Shown in pieces: positions 1-13,491 of a DNA stretch of 64,000 bases. A program made the position numbers and the translations under genes. The notes under the pieces are model-generated. The model made no database searches. It was not told where the DNA came from and saw nothing but the letters and a program-made list of their open reading frames with translations. The DNA comes from Guillardia theta CCMP2712 (lineage: Eukaryota > Protista > Cryptophyta). Within the stretch, counting starts at the first letter, position 1. Each line of letters opens with the position of its first letter. The stretch covers positions 124,001-188,000 of the forward strand of contig NW_005434669.1 of NCBI RefSeq assembly GCF_000315625.1, read 5' to 3'.

Positions 1-3000
1 AAACTTGAGAAGGCTGATGTACTTGATGCAGATATTTGACGTTCAGGTGCTGTCACAAGACACTTCGATGAGAGACTACAAGATGGCGACAAGTTTGTTT
101 CAAGACCTCAAGCGAATGTTCCCTGCCTTCCGCCTCCTTGCGTTGCCTAACAACGACTTGAACTTCTTCGACGCATCGCAACGATCTCAGTTCGTCTCCT
201 GCATCACATCTCTTGCCGACATGTGCAAGATACGAGGAACTATCGCTGAGTTCGAGAGTCAGAGGTTCACCAATCAACAAGTGAGCCGTCACATGCTGTC
301 TTCTGCTCTCTGACATGTCTGATGCCAGATGTTGAGGCGTCTCGGAGTACATACTTTCATCCTGGATGTGATCAAGTCGTTGATCTTGCCACATGAGCAA
401 CACTCAGAAGACTTTGTCAAGAGAATCGAGCATGGGTCCACCTTTTACGAACCTGCTGTCCGTTCCTGGATAGTTGACGAGTTGCTACCTGCTTGCTTTA
501 GCTTCATCGAGTTCTTCTCCAGTGGGATGAAACGGAATCAGCATTTCTGGTAAGAACCGTCAATTTCTGATTGTGAATGTTGAACTTTGCGTGTAGGGGA
601 GACCATACACGTCTGCTGTCGAGGTTTTTCCGTGCTGGAATATCCGTAGCTGGAGCCCTTTCAGGGATCTTTTGTGGAAATGAGAAACTTTGTCAGAGGT
701 CAGAGGAGGAGAGGAGAGGGGAAGGGAGAGAGGGAGAGAGGGAAGAGGGAGAGGGAGGGAGGGAGGGAGGGAGGGAGGGAGGGAGGGAAGAGGGAGAGAG
801 AGGGAGGGAGGGAGGGAGGGAGGGGGAGAGACAGAAAGAGAGGAGAAGGGAAGGGATCGGGGGCTGAGCAAGGATAGGAAGAGGAGGATGTTGCTCTTGA
901 GTTTGACTTGTTGGTGAAGGCTGGACTTGAACATCATAGATGAAGTCCTGAGGTTCATCTCAAACGAGAGCAACAAAGACGAGCAGGGTAGAGATGAGAA
1001 GAACTACTCGTCTCACATATCTTGCGTCCACTTCCTTGAAGTTGCCTTCATGGTGGACGGGAAAGGTCGTTCAATACCTTGCTCTTCCTCACTGACTCTC
1101 TTCCAGTTGTTCGACGCACTCAGGCGTACATCTTGCAATCTTTGTCAGGGACTGTGAAGCATGAAGAGGATGGTGGGCGTGAGGAAGCGCAGGAAGGAAG
1201 TGCTCCTTTTGGAGAGGACGCAAACAGGCCGCTGGTGCTGTTTCGAGGTGAGCGGGAACCGTTTCTCAAGAGGTCAAGATCCAAGTTAGACAAGGCGAAG
1301 CTGCAACCCAACAACAACATCGTGGAGTACAACATGTCGATCCTCCGTTTGCTGCGATTTCTTGCCACGGATGCCGGACCCGGTGACATGTCCATCATCC
1401 GTAGCATCCTTCCAGTGGACAGGCTGGTTCAAGACATCACAGGTATTCCTCCTCCTCCTCCCTCCCTCCCCTCCCTCCCTCCCTCCCTCCCTCCCTCCCT
1501 CGCCCTCCTTCTCTGGCTGGCATTGACTCGCTTGCAAGGGAATTACTGCATTTCCCGAGCCAAAGGAGAAATGCTCCATCTATTTCGCATCATCTACCTA
1601 CAGAATCACTCGGACACGAGGTGCTATGGCTTCACTTACAGCCTCAGCTTGTGGTCCATCCTCCACCACCTCTCCCAGCTCCTCCAGCGCTGTGACCCCT
1701 TCTCCCTCCTCACCGTCCCCGACCGCTCCCACGGAGGAGACACTTTCAACAGCCTGACAGACTCTGATGTGGTGATGATGGAGCTGGAGATGCTGTTTGC
1801 CGACCACTGGGTGCCTATCTTGGACGTCTTGATGGACGAGCCGATCTTGTGGTACTCGCTGACTGATCAGGCTCGGGTCGATGTTGAGATCATTTTTTGC
1901 AAACTTGCCAAGATGCTCGAAGTAGCTGATGTGCAGAAACAGAACCTTCTGAAAGCACACAAGTACGAGGAAACTCCTGAGATCGTTCAAGAGTTTCGTG
2001 ACCTCATCGAGAGTCTGGGTGCCAAGCTCGCATCCCACAAGAACCTCCCGTTCGCTCTCCCCAAAATCTTCCGGAACCAGACGGACAAGGATAAGATCAG
2101 GTCGACTCTTTCTGCTAGGAGCCAGCGAAGGCGCTCCAACATCCCCAAGTACGTCTTCCGTGTTGCCGAGGAGCCTCTGGAGTCACTTCACTGCAACAAC
2201 ACCATCACCATCTTCGGCAAGGCCTTCAAGGAGATCTTTGATCAGCCCGACAACTCCACCCATAATGAGCAGGAGGAGGAGGAGGAGGAGGAGGATGCTT
2301 GTTCCCACGCCTCTTCCCACGACGAGCTACGGGGGGCAGACGATCAAAGGTCCTCCTTGTCTTTTTGCGCCTCTACCAAGCTGAGAAACAAAACTTCTTT
2401 TGCTTTCCCAGCTCGAAGGCCGTGCAGCTGTCGTCCCGACGGAGGCAGGAGATCTTGGAGCTCTGCAAGATCTTCTACTACTCCCAGCTAGGGCCCAGGA
2501 CGATCCACGAGGGGCAGGTGGAGGATCTGGTGGAGATTCTCATCTCCTACTTCAACCCCAACAGGTGCAGAGCAGGCGCTGCCCCCCCCTGCCGTCCTCG
2601 CTGACCCGAGCATGCAGGCTGCAGTGGGAGAGAGACGTGCTGGAGGGCCTCGAAGTGCTCAGGCAGCTGGCAGACCAGTGGCAGCATGCGATCACAGAGC
2701 AGAGGCCGCCGGGGTGGCTGCTGAAGGGCATCCCCAGGCTGATCATCGAGATGGTGGGAGGAGGTGACTTCTTTGTACAGTCTGACGCTCTTCGTCTCTC
2801 CAGGTCAGCAGGGAGGACAGCGGCGATCGAGTCTTCTTCTCCTGCCTCGGACTTGCCATCACAGTCCTCAACGTCCGTCAACCGCCCCCTCATTCTCACA
2901 CCCCTCCTGCGTCCTCCTCCTGCTTCATCCTGATTCTTTCTGATATCTCTCGTTTGTCTCACGACTTGCTCTTGTTTCTGTTTCAAACTCCCACTTCTTC

Positions 3001-6000
3001 TGCTCTTGTCGTACTTGACATGATTGATTTGTCACAATGCAGATATCTCCGCAGAAGCCGATTCAAGACAGTTTCTTTGCTATCTTCACCTCTTCGAGCT
3101 CAGAATCTTTTCAATTCCTCAACCAGCTTTTCCTCCGAATGCAGCAGGGCGAACAGGAAACAAAACTCCTCATGCGCACATGGCAGGAAATGCTGCAGAC
3201 TGACAAGAGCGCTCTCAAAGACTATGACTCCTTCCTTGCTCGGCTAGGGAACGTGGTCGACTATAGCGATCGCAGGTCACGAGGGGGGCCTTCAACCTGT
3301 CTTGTCTCTGTTTGTGCTGTCAGTTTCTTCATGTGTATCTGTACTTGTATTGTTTGCATCTATCTTTCTATGCATGCATGTTTGATGCTGTGGTGTCTGT
3401 GTTTGTACCTGTGTTCGTAAGCTTGTTTGATCTGTCCTATCTATGTTTCATCTACCTCGTTTGAATCTATGCTCTTGAAGCTTGCACGCCATTCTCTTGC
3501 GAGGCTTTGTCGACTGGGATCGGAGCAACAGCCACGTTGACTCGGTTCTGCCCCCTTCCCAACTTGCTTGACCCCTTCCCCTCCGAACTCTCTGAACCCT
3601 ATTCCTCCCCCACGCCTTGTCTCTCTTCTCTACCTTGCTCTCTTCGCATCCTCTCACTCTCTCCTCCAGGTCTTCCGCTTCCTCCACGCCCTCTGCGAAG
3701 GTCACAACGGCAAACTGCAGAACTTCCTGCGCTTTCAAGCAGGAAATGTCCGCAGCATCGACATGGTGACTTCCGTCGCCGACTTCATCGTCTTGAGCAG
3801 CGGCTACATCAACCCGCTGAACATCGAGATCGTCAAGACTGCGATCCTGGCGCTGGCAGAGATGATCCAACAACCGTGAGTGCGATGAAGAGTGCTGAAG
3901 CAGGACAAGGGGGCGAGGCAAGGCGAAGATGAATGGAAGGAGGAAGTAGAAGGGACGAAAAGGGAAGAGGAGGGACGAGCAAAGAAAATAGACGAGCAAG
4001 GAAAAGGAAGGGGTTGCATGTTGGAGGAGGAAGGAGAAGAGAAGGAGAGTGGATAATGCTGTTTGAGCAGATGTCGTCCGAATCAGAAGGCTGTTTGCGA
4101 GACACCTATCTGCACTTCCGCTAACAACATCCTCAACATGACAGCCGAGCATTATGTCAGTCACTATCAGGTATTTCCCTTTTCGTTGAGATAGAGATTC
4201 TTATCATCTGCTGTAAGGCATTGAAGCATATCAAGCCTTCTGAATCTGATTTCGAGGTGGATCTGACTATTACTTGCGTTGAGAGGGAAGATGTGAAATT
4301 CTGATTAGTTTTGCAACTCAGAAATATATCGACGAGGCCGTAGCATGTTTTGACAAGAAGATATATGATCTCAAAGCTTCTACTATCACTGTGAGGTATC
4401 TTCTCGCATGTTCTTCGTTGACACCTTGAAAATAGCTGCTGCTGGCTTTGCTGGAGTGTGTTGATGAACCTGAAATCCCTTCTCTCATGCTCGGATCACT
4501 CAATCCCGACCGGTTGCTTGCTGTCTTCTCCTACGACAACTCTCACCACAAGATCACAGATTGATACAAAACATGAATGATCTTCTGTTCGTGTACAATC
4601 CTACCTTAGTCTACGAACTCGAAGATAAGGGAAAGATAGAAGCATGGCAGATCCCGGTATCTTGTACTTCTTGTGTCTGATGCCAGTTCTCCTCCTCCAC
4701 TTTCACATGCTCCCTAGTGGACTGCATCTCCTGCTCTTTCCTTTCTTCTCCACATCTCCTTTTCTCTCCTTACATCCTGTAGGCTGCGCCTCCCATCGGT
4801 GATGACTCGAAAGTAGCAGAACAAGAGGCAGAGCAAGTTGCAGAGGTTTGCTTCTTAGGTGTTGTCATGAGAGTAACGGGTGTTGCAAGCAATTTTACAT
4901 CACCTACATCACTCTCAGTCAGTTCGATGAATCCGGAAGTCTGAATGCAAAGCTGTCGCCCGATTACATCTGGGACTATGTAAACTTGAAGTCAAAGATC
5001 GGAGTGATAGAGATCTCGCGCAAGGTGCGGACGTTTCATGACTTGTCGTTCCTGTTTGTCACTTTTGCTTCTCCAACTCTCTCGTGAGCAGGGAGTGCTT
5101 GAGCGAGCATACTTCACCATCCCCAAGTCCTGCAGCTACCTTACCAGTGCATCAAAACACGATCTGCTGCTGAGTGTCAACAGAGCAAACCTGCAGACCC
5201 AGTTGACGGACTTCAGTGAACGAGTACGTGACATACTTGTAAAAGAGATTGTATGAAGTGACATGTTGGGAACAGTTCGATTCGCTGTATTCGGAGATGC
5301 AGCATCAGCAGAAGTTGACAAGAAATCAGATTTTGAACTTCTTTCGACTGACTTCTGGATTGAGAGAAAAGGTGAAACAATGGTGGTATCCGTTTGTGTG
5401 ACGAATACCACAGACTTTCTTTCTCAACGCTGTCATTATCAACGTTCTCTTGCTTCTATTCTACAATTATGAATGTCGAGGGTGAAAGATGCGCGTTTCA
5501 TGTCAACCAACTGATGGCATCATCAGGAGCTTCACTTGTGGGGATAACGAGCCTCTCACCTACTTTCGCATCAGACCAGGATGGGACGTGCTAGTGAATG
5601 TCCTTGCATACATTCAGGTGTGCAAGAGGGGATGGGATGGGAGGAGACGCGGATGAGATGAGATGAGATGAGATGAGATGAGATGAGATGAGTTGGAGTT
5701 GACATTCGTTTGTTGATATTTGTCGTCACTCAGTGCATCCTCGCCTTCACAAGGCAGTGGTGGTATGTCATTGAAAGAGGTGTTCCTCGTGCAAGAGAGA
5801 AGGTCGCTTGTCCCTCCTGCCTTAGCCAAACTCTTCGTATCTTCTGCTGTAGTTTCCTCCTCCTCCTCCTCCTCCTCCTCCTCCTCCTCCTCCTCCTCCT
5901 CCTCTTTCTCATCCATTTCTCCTCCTTTCCTCCTCCTTCTCCTCTACCCCTCCCTGCCTCCTCTTCCTCTTCCCGCCTTCTGCCCCCTTCTCCATTAGCT

Positions 6001-8417
6001 CGAATTCTGATTCCAGTGAAGATGATGGAGAGCGATGTCAAGACAAGGAGATCGTTGTTCTCGTCGTTCATCAAGATGATTTTACCGGATCATTTCGATT
6101 CAGTCTTCTTCCACCTCACTCTTTCCAACCAAGGCAATCGGAGCACAATAAATCGAGTTCTCCTGATCCAGGTGAGCATTTCACCCATCACCTTCACTTT
6201 ACAGATGCTCTCACGTTCTTCTGACATCTCTGCTCAGTTCCTCTACATCTTAACAGACCTTCAGTTCTGGATGATCACTGTCATGACAATAACAAACATA
6301 CTGGCCCTTGCTTACCCGCATAACGGGAACAAACTCTTCTTGGTGGTACATCTCTTTGAGATCTTCAATCGTTCTCGAGTTCTCCAGAATGTCATGAAGT
6401 CAATCACATTCCGGGCGAACACTCTATTGCAAACCGCCGGGCTCGCTTTCATCTTCATTTACTTCTTCGGAGTCTCCGGCTTCTACTTCTTCCCGGAGCT
6501 CTTCCAGTTTGCTGAGGCAGATGTCATGGGAGGAAGAAAACTCGAGCCGAACAACAATGGAGCGAGATGTACATCAGTATGGAAATGCACACTTGTAGTA
6601 CTTGACATGGGGTTGCGAAAGGTGATACCCATCTTGTTAGCTTGCATGAAACCTGTTGTTGCTGATTTTTGACAACCCTGATCTGAAGCCTTTGAAGTTT
6701 CGTCTTGAATCAATTCTTTCTGACTTGCCGCAAGGGTGATCTTGGAGAGGCCATGGACGACATTCCATGGAAGGTAGAGAAACCAGTTCGAAATGTCCCC
6801 TTACCTTATCCATATTTGCAGCTTCAGTCCAACGAATCGGACAAATATCGAATTCTCTACCGCATGGTGAAACTATGCTTGCAGCTGATGTGTGCTTTCA
6901 TTTTCTTGACGCCTCTCAAGTTATATACTCTCCTTTTCTTCATCATCGTCACCACTATTCTGATGAACATCATCTTTGGTGTGATCATTGATACGTTCGC
7001 CGGTGAGTTTTCGTTTTTCGTTCACGTCTCCGAGCTCATCTTCGTTACCTCAGAGCTGCGCGCAAGGAAAGATGAGATCGATCGGGATGTATCAGGGTAT
7101 TCCTCACCCACCCACGCATTCTAGAGCAGATAGATGCGGAGTTTCATCCCCCTCCTCCTTCCCCTCCCCTCCTCCTTCCCCTCCCCTCCTCCTTCTCCTC
7201 CTCCTCCCCTCCTCCTTCCCCTCCCCTCCTCCTTCTCCTCCTCTCTTCCTTCCCCTCCCCTCCTTCCACTCCCCTCCTTCCCCCTCCTCTTTCTCTCCCT
7301 TTCCCTTCCCTATCCTAAACATTCACGCGCTCATGGTTACTCTTCAGCAAATGTTTCATCTGCGGGATCGACCGATTCATCTTCGATCAGCACGGGGAGG
7401 GAGCGAGGTGAGTTCAGAGAGAGTCGTCGGAGGTCGTCTGAACGGAATTTGCTGCAGTGGATTCCAGGAGCACATTGAGGTACTCTTGCATTGGGGTTAG
7501 CGCAAGACAAACCATTGGAGCAGGAGGAACACAACATGTGGAAGTATCTTTACTTCCAGGTCGGATCCTCCTTCTCTATCTCTGTTCGTCGTTCCTGACT
7601 TGTGGCTCAAGGTTTATTTGAGGGAAAAGCAGTATGACGAATATTCGGTCAATTCTATCCCTTCCTCCTTCTCTCGTTTGACTTCCTTGCTCTGCCCTCA
7701 GGGAGGAGAGTCTTATGTGTTCAGCCGCACACTGGAGCTTGCAAGAGATCCTGCAACCCATCTCAAGGTTCATCTCTCAGCTCTACTCCCTTCTCTCCTG
7801 TATCATAACCTCCGTCCTCCGTCCCGTCTTCCCACCCCTGCTCCCTCCCTTCTCCCTCCTTCCTTCTCCCTCCTTCCTTCTCCCTCCTCCTCTTCCCTTT
7901 TCCCCTCCCTCTGCTCCTCCTCTCTCTCTTCCTCCCTCCTCCTTCCTCTCCTCCTCCCTCCTCCCTCTTTCGCTTCTCACCTTCATTCATCTGCCCATGT
8001 TTGCCTCCTCCTTCCCTCTTCTTCTCAACGACATGCTCACCTGAGCGCATGTGCAGTTGATAGACAAGGAGACTGGCGTCGAGCTCAAGAGGCCAAGGGG
8101 GCAGGTCGACCTGCACTGGTTCCCACAGAAGGTGAGGAGCCGGCAGATGGTGGCGTCCTGCAGCTGAGAACGAGCAGGCGGCGATGCGGCTGAAGAGCAA
8201 GAAGAAGGAGCTGAAGGATGTGGTTCAGGTGGGTGTGGAGAGCAGGGGATCCGATGTGAGCATGTGTGTTCAGGAGAAGATAAAGACGATACAGGAGGAG
8301 AACAAGTTGCAAGCGAAGAGGTAACAAGAGCGATCGAAGGCAGAACGACTGAACAAGGGCGACAGGTTGGACAAGAGCATGGATGACGCGCTCTTCTTGC
8401 TCTCGCCGACAATCTGA
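1..8417 (+). CDS. Inositol-1,4,5-trisphosphate/ryanodine receptor family Ca2+-release channel, multi-exon, 5' end outside window
   Basis: RIH-associated-like segment (FRFLHALCEGHNGKLQNFLRFQAGNVRSIDMV, ~3670-3770). Ion-transport region LQNVMKSITFRANTLLQTAGLAFIFIYFFG..CTSVWKCTLVVLDMGLR. S6 LLFFIIVTTILMNIIFGVIIDTFA-ELR. C-terminal CFICGIDRFIFD..FQEHI..EEHNMWKYLYF..YLREK zinc-site motifs. Probable stop TGA 8415-8417. Confidence 0.93.
5651..5692. repeat. (GATGA)n microsatellite, intronic
   Basis: Directly visible pentamer run. Confidence 0.9.
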
Positions 8418-8528
8418 CATCCACCAAGAGATTTCATTACCAAAGACAAACATTCAAACACACATGACATACTCTTCTCCCCCTCTGAACATGTGAACAT
8501 TCAGTTCATACTCTGTCTGTCAAGCGAA

Positions 8529-9420
8529 TCATCTTTTCTCCTCCTGGAAGTTTACATCCATGTCTGGAGGCCCAAGATTTGCTCGCCTGCTCACCCAGAA
8601 GTCATTCGTTTTACCCCAGGAGAAAACAAAACAACACATTGAACGTCGGAATGACCGACTGACTGCCTGACTGACATACAGTCTTACTACTGATTGTCTG
8701 ACTGACTGACTCACAAAGAATGATCGGTATAATCGCCTCTTAAGCATCGCTTCAGGATATCATCATATGCTATCATTGTGTTTCAAACATCCCTTCACAC
8801 ATGCCTACACATATCACAGCCAGAACTCACAGTTGGTTGCACAGTCCGTTAGCCTGCTTTACACATGAGGCGATAAGATCGAGCTGGAACTGAACTTCTT
8901 TCAGCTGACTCTGACGAAGCAACAGATTGCTCTTGAGATGTTCGAAACTCTCCTTCCAAGGTGCAGCCTATACATCCCGTCATTGAGAACAAGGGCTCGA
9001 AGTGCTATTACTCCGTATTTCGACTGGAACTCCTTAATGGTTGCCAAGTCTTCTTTGAGAGTGTTCACCTGCAAATCATAGAGATCGGCAATGGAGGCAA
9101 CATCAATCGTGTCGAATTCTGGAAGTGAAAAGAGTGTGAGCAAGCACCTGTCTCTGTAGAGTGCACTGATACTGTCGTAAAGTGATGATGGTTGACACAG
9201 GATCACTGATTGTATTCGCCTCCCCCATATCCGCTTGATGTCTGCAGTGCGGCTAGACACTCGTTCACCTTGTCTCCATCCTGCATTCCTGGCATCAGCC
9301 ACTTGTCGGAGCATGAGATGTGTTCTGCATTGAGAACGGATGGATGTTGTATTGTTCAACGTGAGGACCTACAAAAGTTGCTCCAGTCTCACAATTCTCA
9401 TGATCCATAACGTGCAGCAT
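8529..9420 (-). CDS. Hypothetical multi-exon protein
   Basis: Protein-like ORF pieces 8901-9359 and 8529-8747 on the minus strand, convergent with the channel gene. No domain recognised. Confidence 0.35.
9005..9068. repeat. 64-bp exact duplicate, copy 1 (copy 2 at 11305-11368)
   Basis: ctattactccgtatttcgactggaactccttaatggttgccaagtcttctttgagagtgttcac is identical at both positions, and the flanks differ immediately. Confidence 0.95.
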
Positions 9421-10085
9421 GGATCACAGTTCTTCTGTATTGCTCGCAGATTTCTGCCCGTCACCCCCTTTTTTAAGGCATTACTTGCTGATCCTCCCCC
9501 AGTTCCAAACTCTTACCTGATATCTACTGCGTCTTTGCTTCATCTACGCATGCTATATCACCAATCATCCTCTCTCATTCTCTCTGATCTCTGCGATAGC
9601 ATCTCCTCTCGTCATCTCACCGTCCTCTCTCTCCCTCTTCCATCTCTTCTTCATCTGCCTCTCCTCCCATTCTACGTCCTCCACATCCTCTGTTCCCCAT
9701 GGCCCCGGAGACATCAGTCGGTGTTTCTTGGATTGGGGTGGGGGTGATAAAGGTACCTTACTAGGGGGTCCTTGCAGCCATCTTGTTTGCTATAAAGTAC
9801 GGGTGGGGTCATTTCCATACCTCAAGCTCCGCATCAGTCCGGCCCGTCACGTAACGGCGGGCCGCCCGGCGGCAACTTCCGTTCCGAAGCCTTCGACCCC
9901 GGCCACTGCCCCACGCCGTTTCACGAATCGACGGTTCTCGGAGGCTCGTCCCCGGCGGCCTGTGATTCACTGTGACTAGCTCGGTCGGACTTGCAGTAAA
10001 GAGATCACTTGCAAGTTGGCTAAGCAGTACGGTCACGCGCGGCGCCCCCGTGACCGTCACAGTTCGGTAATCTGGCACTGGCGGG

Positions 10086-10171
10086 GCGACTGAGCAGTGT
10101 CAGGGAGTGACTGCCTCCTCGACTCTCCTCAGATTGTCCTCGTACTGATTTTTGACTTAACTTTGAGTAAA
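10086..10171 (+). repeat. Dispersed repeat family copy ending ...gattgtcctcgtactgatttttgacttaactttgagtaaa
   Basis: Same motif at 22215-22241 (degenerate), 41982-42020, 42146-42263 (reverse) and 51585-51733. Confidence 0.85.
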
Positions 10172-10970
10172 TGTCGGCTTCACTGACAACCCGGCGTTGA
10201 ACCGTTGAACCGTCGGCGTGCCACTTGATCAACTTGGCAACACAATGATGATGGGTGCGGCCGCAGTGACTGCCAGTGGGCGGCCCCCCACTGTGTGACA
10301 GTGAGGCCCGGGCCGGGCCGCCGGGCCCCCGCCGCCCGCGCCCGGAGGGCCCAGTGACCGAGTCGGAGGCTCACTGGCCGGGCCCGGGCGCGGCCGGGCG
10401 GCGGCCAGTCACTGGGCACTGCTGCCGGGGCCATCAGGCAGTGCGGCACTGCTGCCGGTCCATCAGGCAGTGGCACTGCCGCGGGGCGGGGCGAGTCGGA
10501 AGTCACAGGCTTTTACTCAACTTTCAACGTCAAGTGCCCGGAGCCTCGGAGCCCTGCAGTGACCCGGAGCTGAGACTAGCCTCATCTGAGACCTCTAGCT
10601 AAATAAAATGTTTTAGGTTTTAAAACAGTATTAACTGGTACCACATCCACGTATTATAAAATTGCAAAAATACCATGATTCTTGGCGAGATTGCGACCCA
10701 ACCCGGACCTGGGTTTTTATCATCTCGGCTAGTACGGAGTACCGTAAGTACCCCAGTTGTTAACCAGGATAGTGGGGGTGGTAATCCTTCAACCAAGAAA
10801 GGGGGTGGGTGGGGGTGGGGGATGTATGGGACCCAGTAGTGGACGTGACAGGGTCGGGGGTCGATGGCTCGACGAGCGCTACTTGTTCGACTCGCTGCAG
10901 GTGAGGAGAGCGGGAAAAATTTTCATGAGCACACGATGCTGATACATGCGGACTAATTCGATGTACATCA

Positions 10971-11710
10971 GTGTCTTGTCTCATTTCAGAAGCTTCCTGC
11001 CTTGAGTTGGCCGCTACTCAATGTCCAAGGAACGTCGACTGCTGTTCCAGATTGAAGTCATCCTCTCATCCCAGCTTGATGAGGCTTCGAGGAGGAGGTT
11101 CTTTGCCGCAAACTAAGATAATGGTATTCCAGTCTTATTTCATGTGCTCTATCACTCACTCCTACTAGCTATTGACAGCCCTTGGTGGAGCAATCGGCGC
11201 AAGTGCAAGAACGTTCTTGCAGGTATGAGTTGGTTCTCTCACAGAGGTCAGCAACTTGATTAATTATGTTTCAGCTTTATTTGACGAACATTCATAAGAA
11301 TGGTCTATTACTCCGTATTTCGACTGGAACTCCTTAATGGTTGCCAAGTCTTCTTTGAGAGTGTTCACGTTCATGCATGGGGAGCGTTCTTGGTTGGTCT
11401 ACTCACGCATCCAGGATTCCCAAAAGAAATAGTCGCCGTGTATGAAGCAGCTCTTCGCACAATATCTGCGATTGTCACTGTAGATGTCTACAATTGCCTG
11501 ATAGCTGGAAATGGGGTAAGCGAATGTACTTGTTCGATGAGATTGGAGCACTTAAATCTGAGCAGGACATGGCCGCTCTGTATCTTAGCGTATGCATCTC
11601 ATGTATTTGACCTTGTCTTTCTGACAGCAGCTCTGTTGACTCTTTTTGAACTCAGGTAATCTGATCATGAATCACTGCGGCAGGAAACTTGGTTCTCACT
11701 TGCGCAACTT
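10971..11710 (+). pseudogene. Fluc/CrcB (FEX)-like fluoride channel gene, disrupted
   Basis: Spliced reading gives LLTALGGAIGASARTFLQ (CrcB TM1 GGAxGAxxR), VHAWGAFLVGLL (TM2-like) and ..LIAGNG/MAALYL (TM4-like). The 64-bp insert creates an in-frame TAA at 11335-11337, and the TM3 GFxGxxTTFS motif was not found. Confidence 0.6.
11305..11368. repeat. 64-bp exact duplicate, copy 2
   Basis: Identical to 9005-9068. Confidence 0.95.
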
Positions 11711-12289
11711 GCTTTCCACTGATACAATAGGGCTTATCCGATGATCAAGGTTTGAAGCCAGAATCTCCTTGTGCCATGACGTCATATCATGAATATGATA
11801 TCATTGAAGGATTGTAATTTATCATCTCTAGCACCAAAGATTTGAAGTCACAGCGGTCTGCCAGTGCTACTCACGGCACTGATGCCGGTAGGCCCGGCCC
11901 GGGCTTCGGCCCTCAGCGGCTCAACTTGATGACCGTGACTGACAAGGGCTCAGTCACGGTTAGACTCGGTACGACCGCCGCGGTCGGTCCACTGACCGTC
12001 CGAACTTGTCACTGTAGCACCGGGCCGCCGCACTGCGGCTAGTATAGAGCAGGCTAATCGAAGTTTGGGAATTGCGAATGTGATCAATTCTCAATCAACA
12101 ATCAAGACTTACGGTTGTGAACAAATCCACACTGACAGGAGTTAGATTTGATTTACTATAAAGTAGGCACTCCGGGAGTATCCACGTGTGTGAGATAACA
12201 TGACTGAGAGTATTATACGATCACTGTAATTGTCTCTGACTGTTTGTACTGATTGTCACTTTGGATACACACGTAGTGTTGATCCCCGT

Positions 12290-12450
12290 GTTGTGCATTA
12301 TCCACGAAAGTAAGCGTAGAGATTGGATAGGGAAATGGCAGCCCCATTGGTACGGTAACTTGGTTTCTTTTTAGGGACCAAACTGGTATTGAAGATACGC
12401 CCGGTGATTAGATAGTCGATTGACTAAACATGCCATGATACCTAGGTTTG
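12290..12450 (-). mobile_element. Possible highly degenerate Penelope-like reverse transcriptase relic
   Basis: Across frameshifts: IDYLIT / AYLQY / NQVTVPMG / LSNLYAYF, resembling the PLE RT motif order ..NYFxF..YxQxxGxPMG..ANLY. No YxDD found. Confidence 0.3.
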
Positions 12451-13491
12451 TACAGCACCCGGTACATGTAACATATTGAATATCTCATACTAATTCGATA
12501 TGCGACATAGTATCACTGGCGATACCAAACTTTCAGAGTTCCAATACTAAGACCCACTCCAGTCCTGAGTCACAGTGGTACTGTCAGTGATTGCTGATGT
12601 ACTCGCTGTAGTACTGGATGATGCCATATGGTACGAGCATTTAAAACTCCCCATATCGGACTTTTACAGCATCAGTGCGGTCGGCCCGGCGTGGCCGCGC
12701 ACTGAACTTTCGGAACTTGACTCAGTCGACTGGCGGTCCGAGAGCCAGGCTCGGACTCACTGACGGTGGTCCGCAAGCCTGACTCCGGGTCCGGCGGAGC
12801 CCCGGCGGGGCTGAGCGCGCGGGCCCGGCGGGACTGACCTGAATTCACTAACTTAACCCGGCTTTCAACTAAACCCGGAGTTATATGCGAGTCACAGCAA
12901 ACTAAACTTTCTACACCCTCTGTATTACCCATCGCTGCACATCCTGAGCAATTTGAAATAGTTCAATGAAATTTCAGTGCAGGTTTGAATATATTGCGGT
13001 AAATTTGAAACATTTGATATATCTTGCGTCCTCACTCACTACCCCCACCCCCTCGAAATCATCATTTGGTGAAATATGGCGGGAAGCGGGAGTAAAGTCG
13101 TGCGAGACAGGGAAGGAAGGGGTCAGGGAGGAGGGGTTTGTTAACTGAGAAGAGGCAGAAGATGCTCTGATGAAAGTCGAAGACACGAGCTGAGCATGGC
13201 GAGGCTAGGATGACAGCCGGGAGGTGGGAAGTCAGCAAGGGTTTCATCCTTGAATTAGCGGAACAGCTCACCTGTCTAGGACCCGTTCATTCCAGTTGTT
13301 GTCCCTGTCTGACAGATTTGTGTGTATTTCCAAATCTCAGTGAGTAATTTTCCTTCCTTCCAGGAGATCTTCAAGGACTCGAATATGGCTCCTCGGTGTA
13401 CGAGCTTGTTGCACCAGAGTTTCGTGCTGCATTCCTAGCCCTTATTCGATCGCTTTGAGGGGCTTCTACCAGTCGCCGGCAGCGCGGGAGA

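Noticed and set aside
560-976. Poly-Pro/Ser/Leu and poly-Gly/Arg/Glu ORFs here and elsewhere
   Set aside because: Translations of intronic microsatellites.
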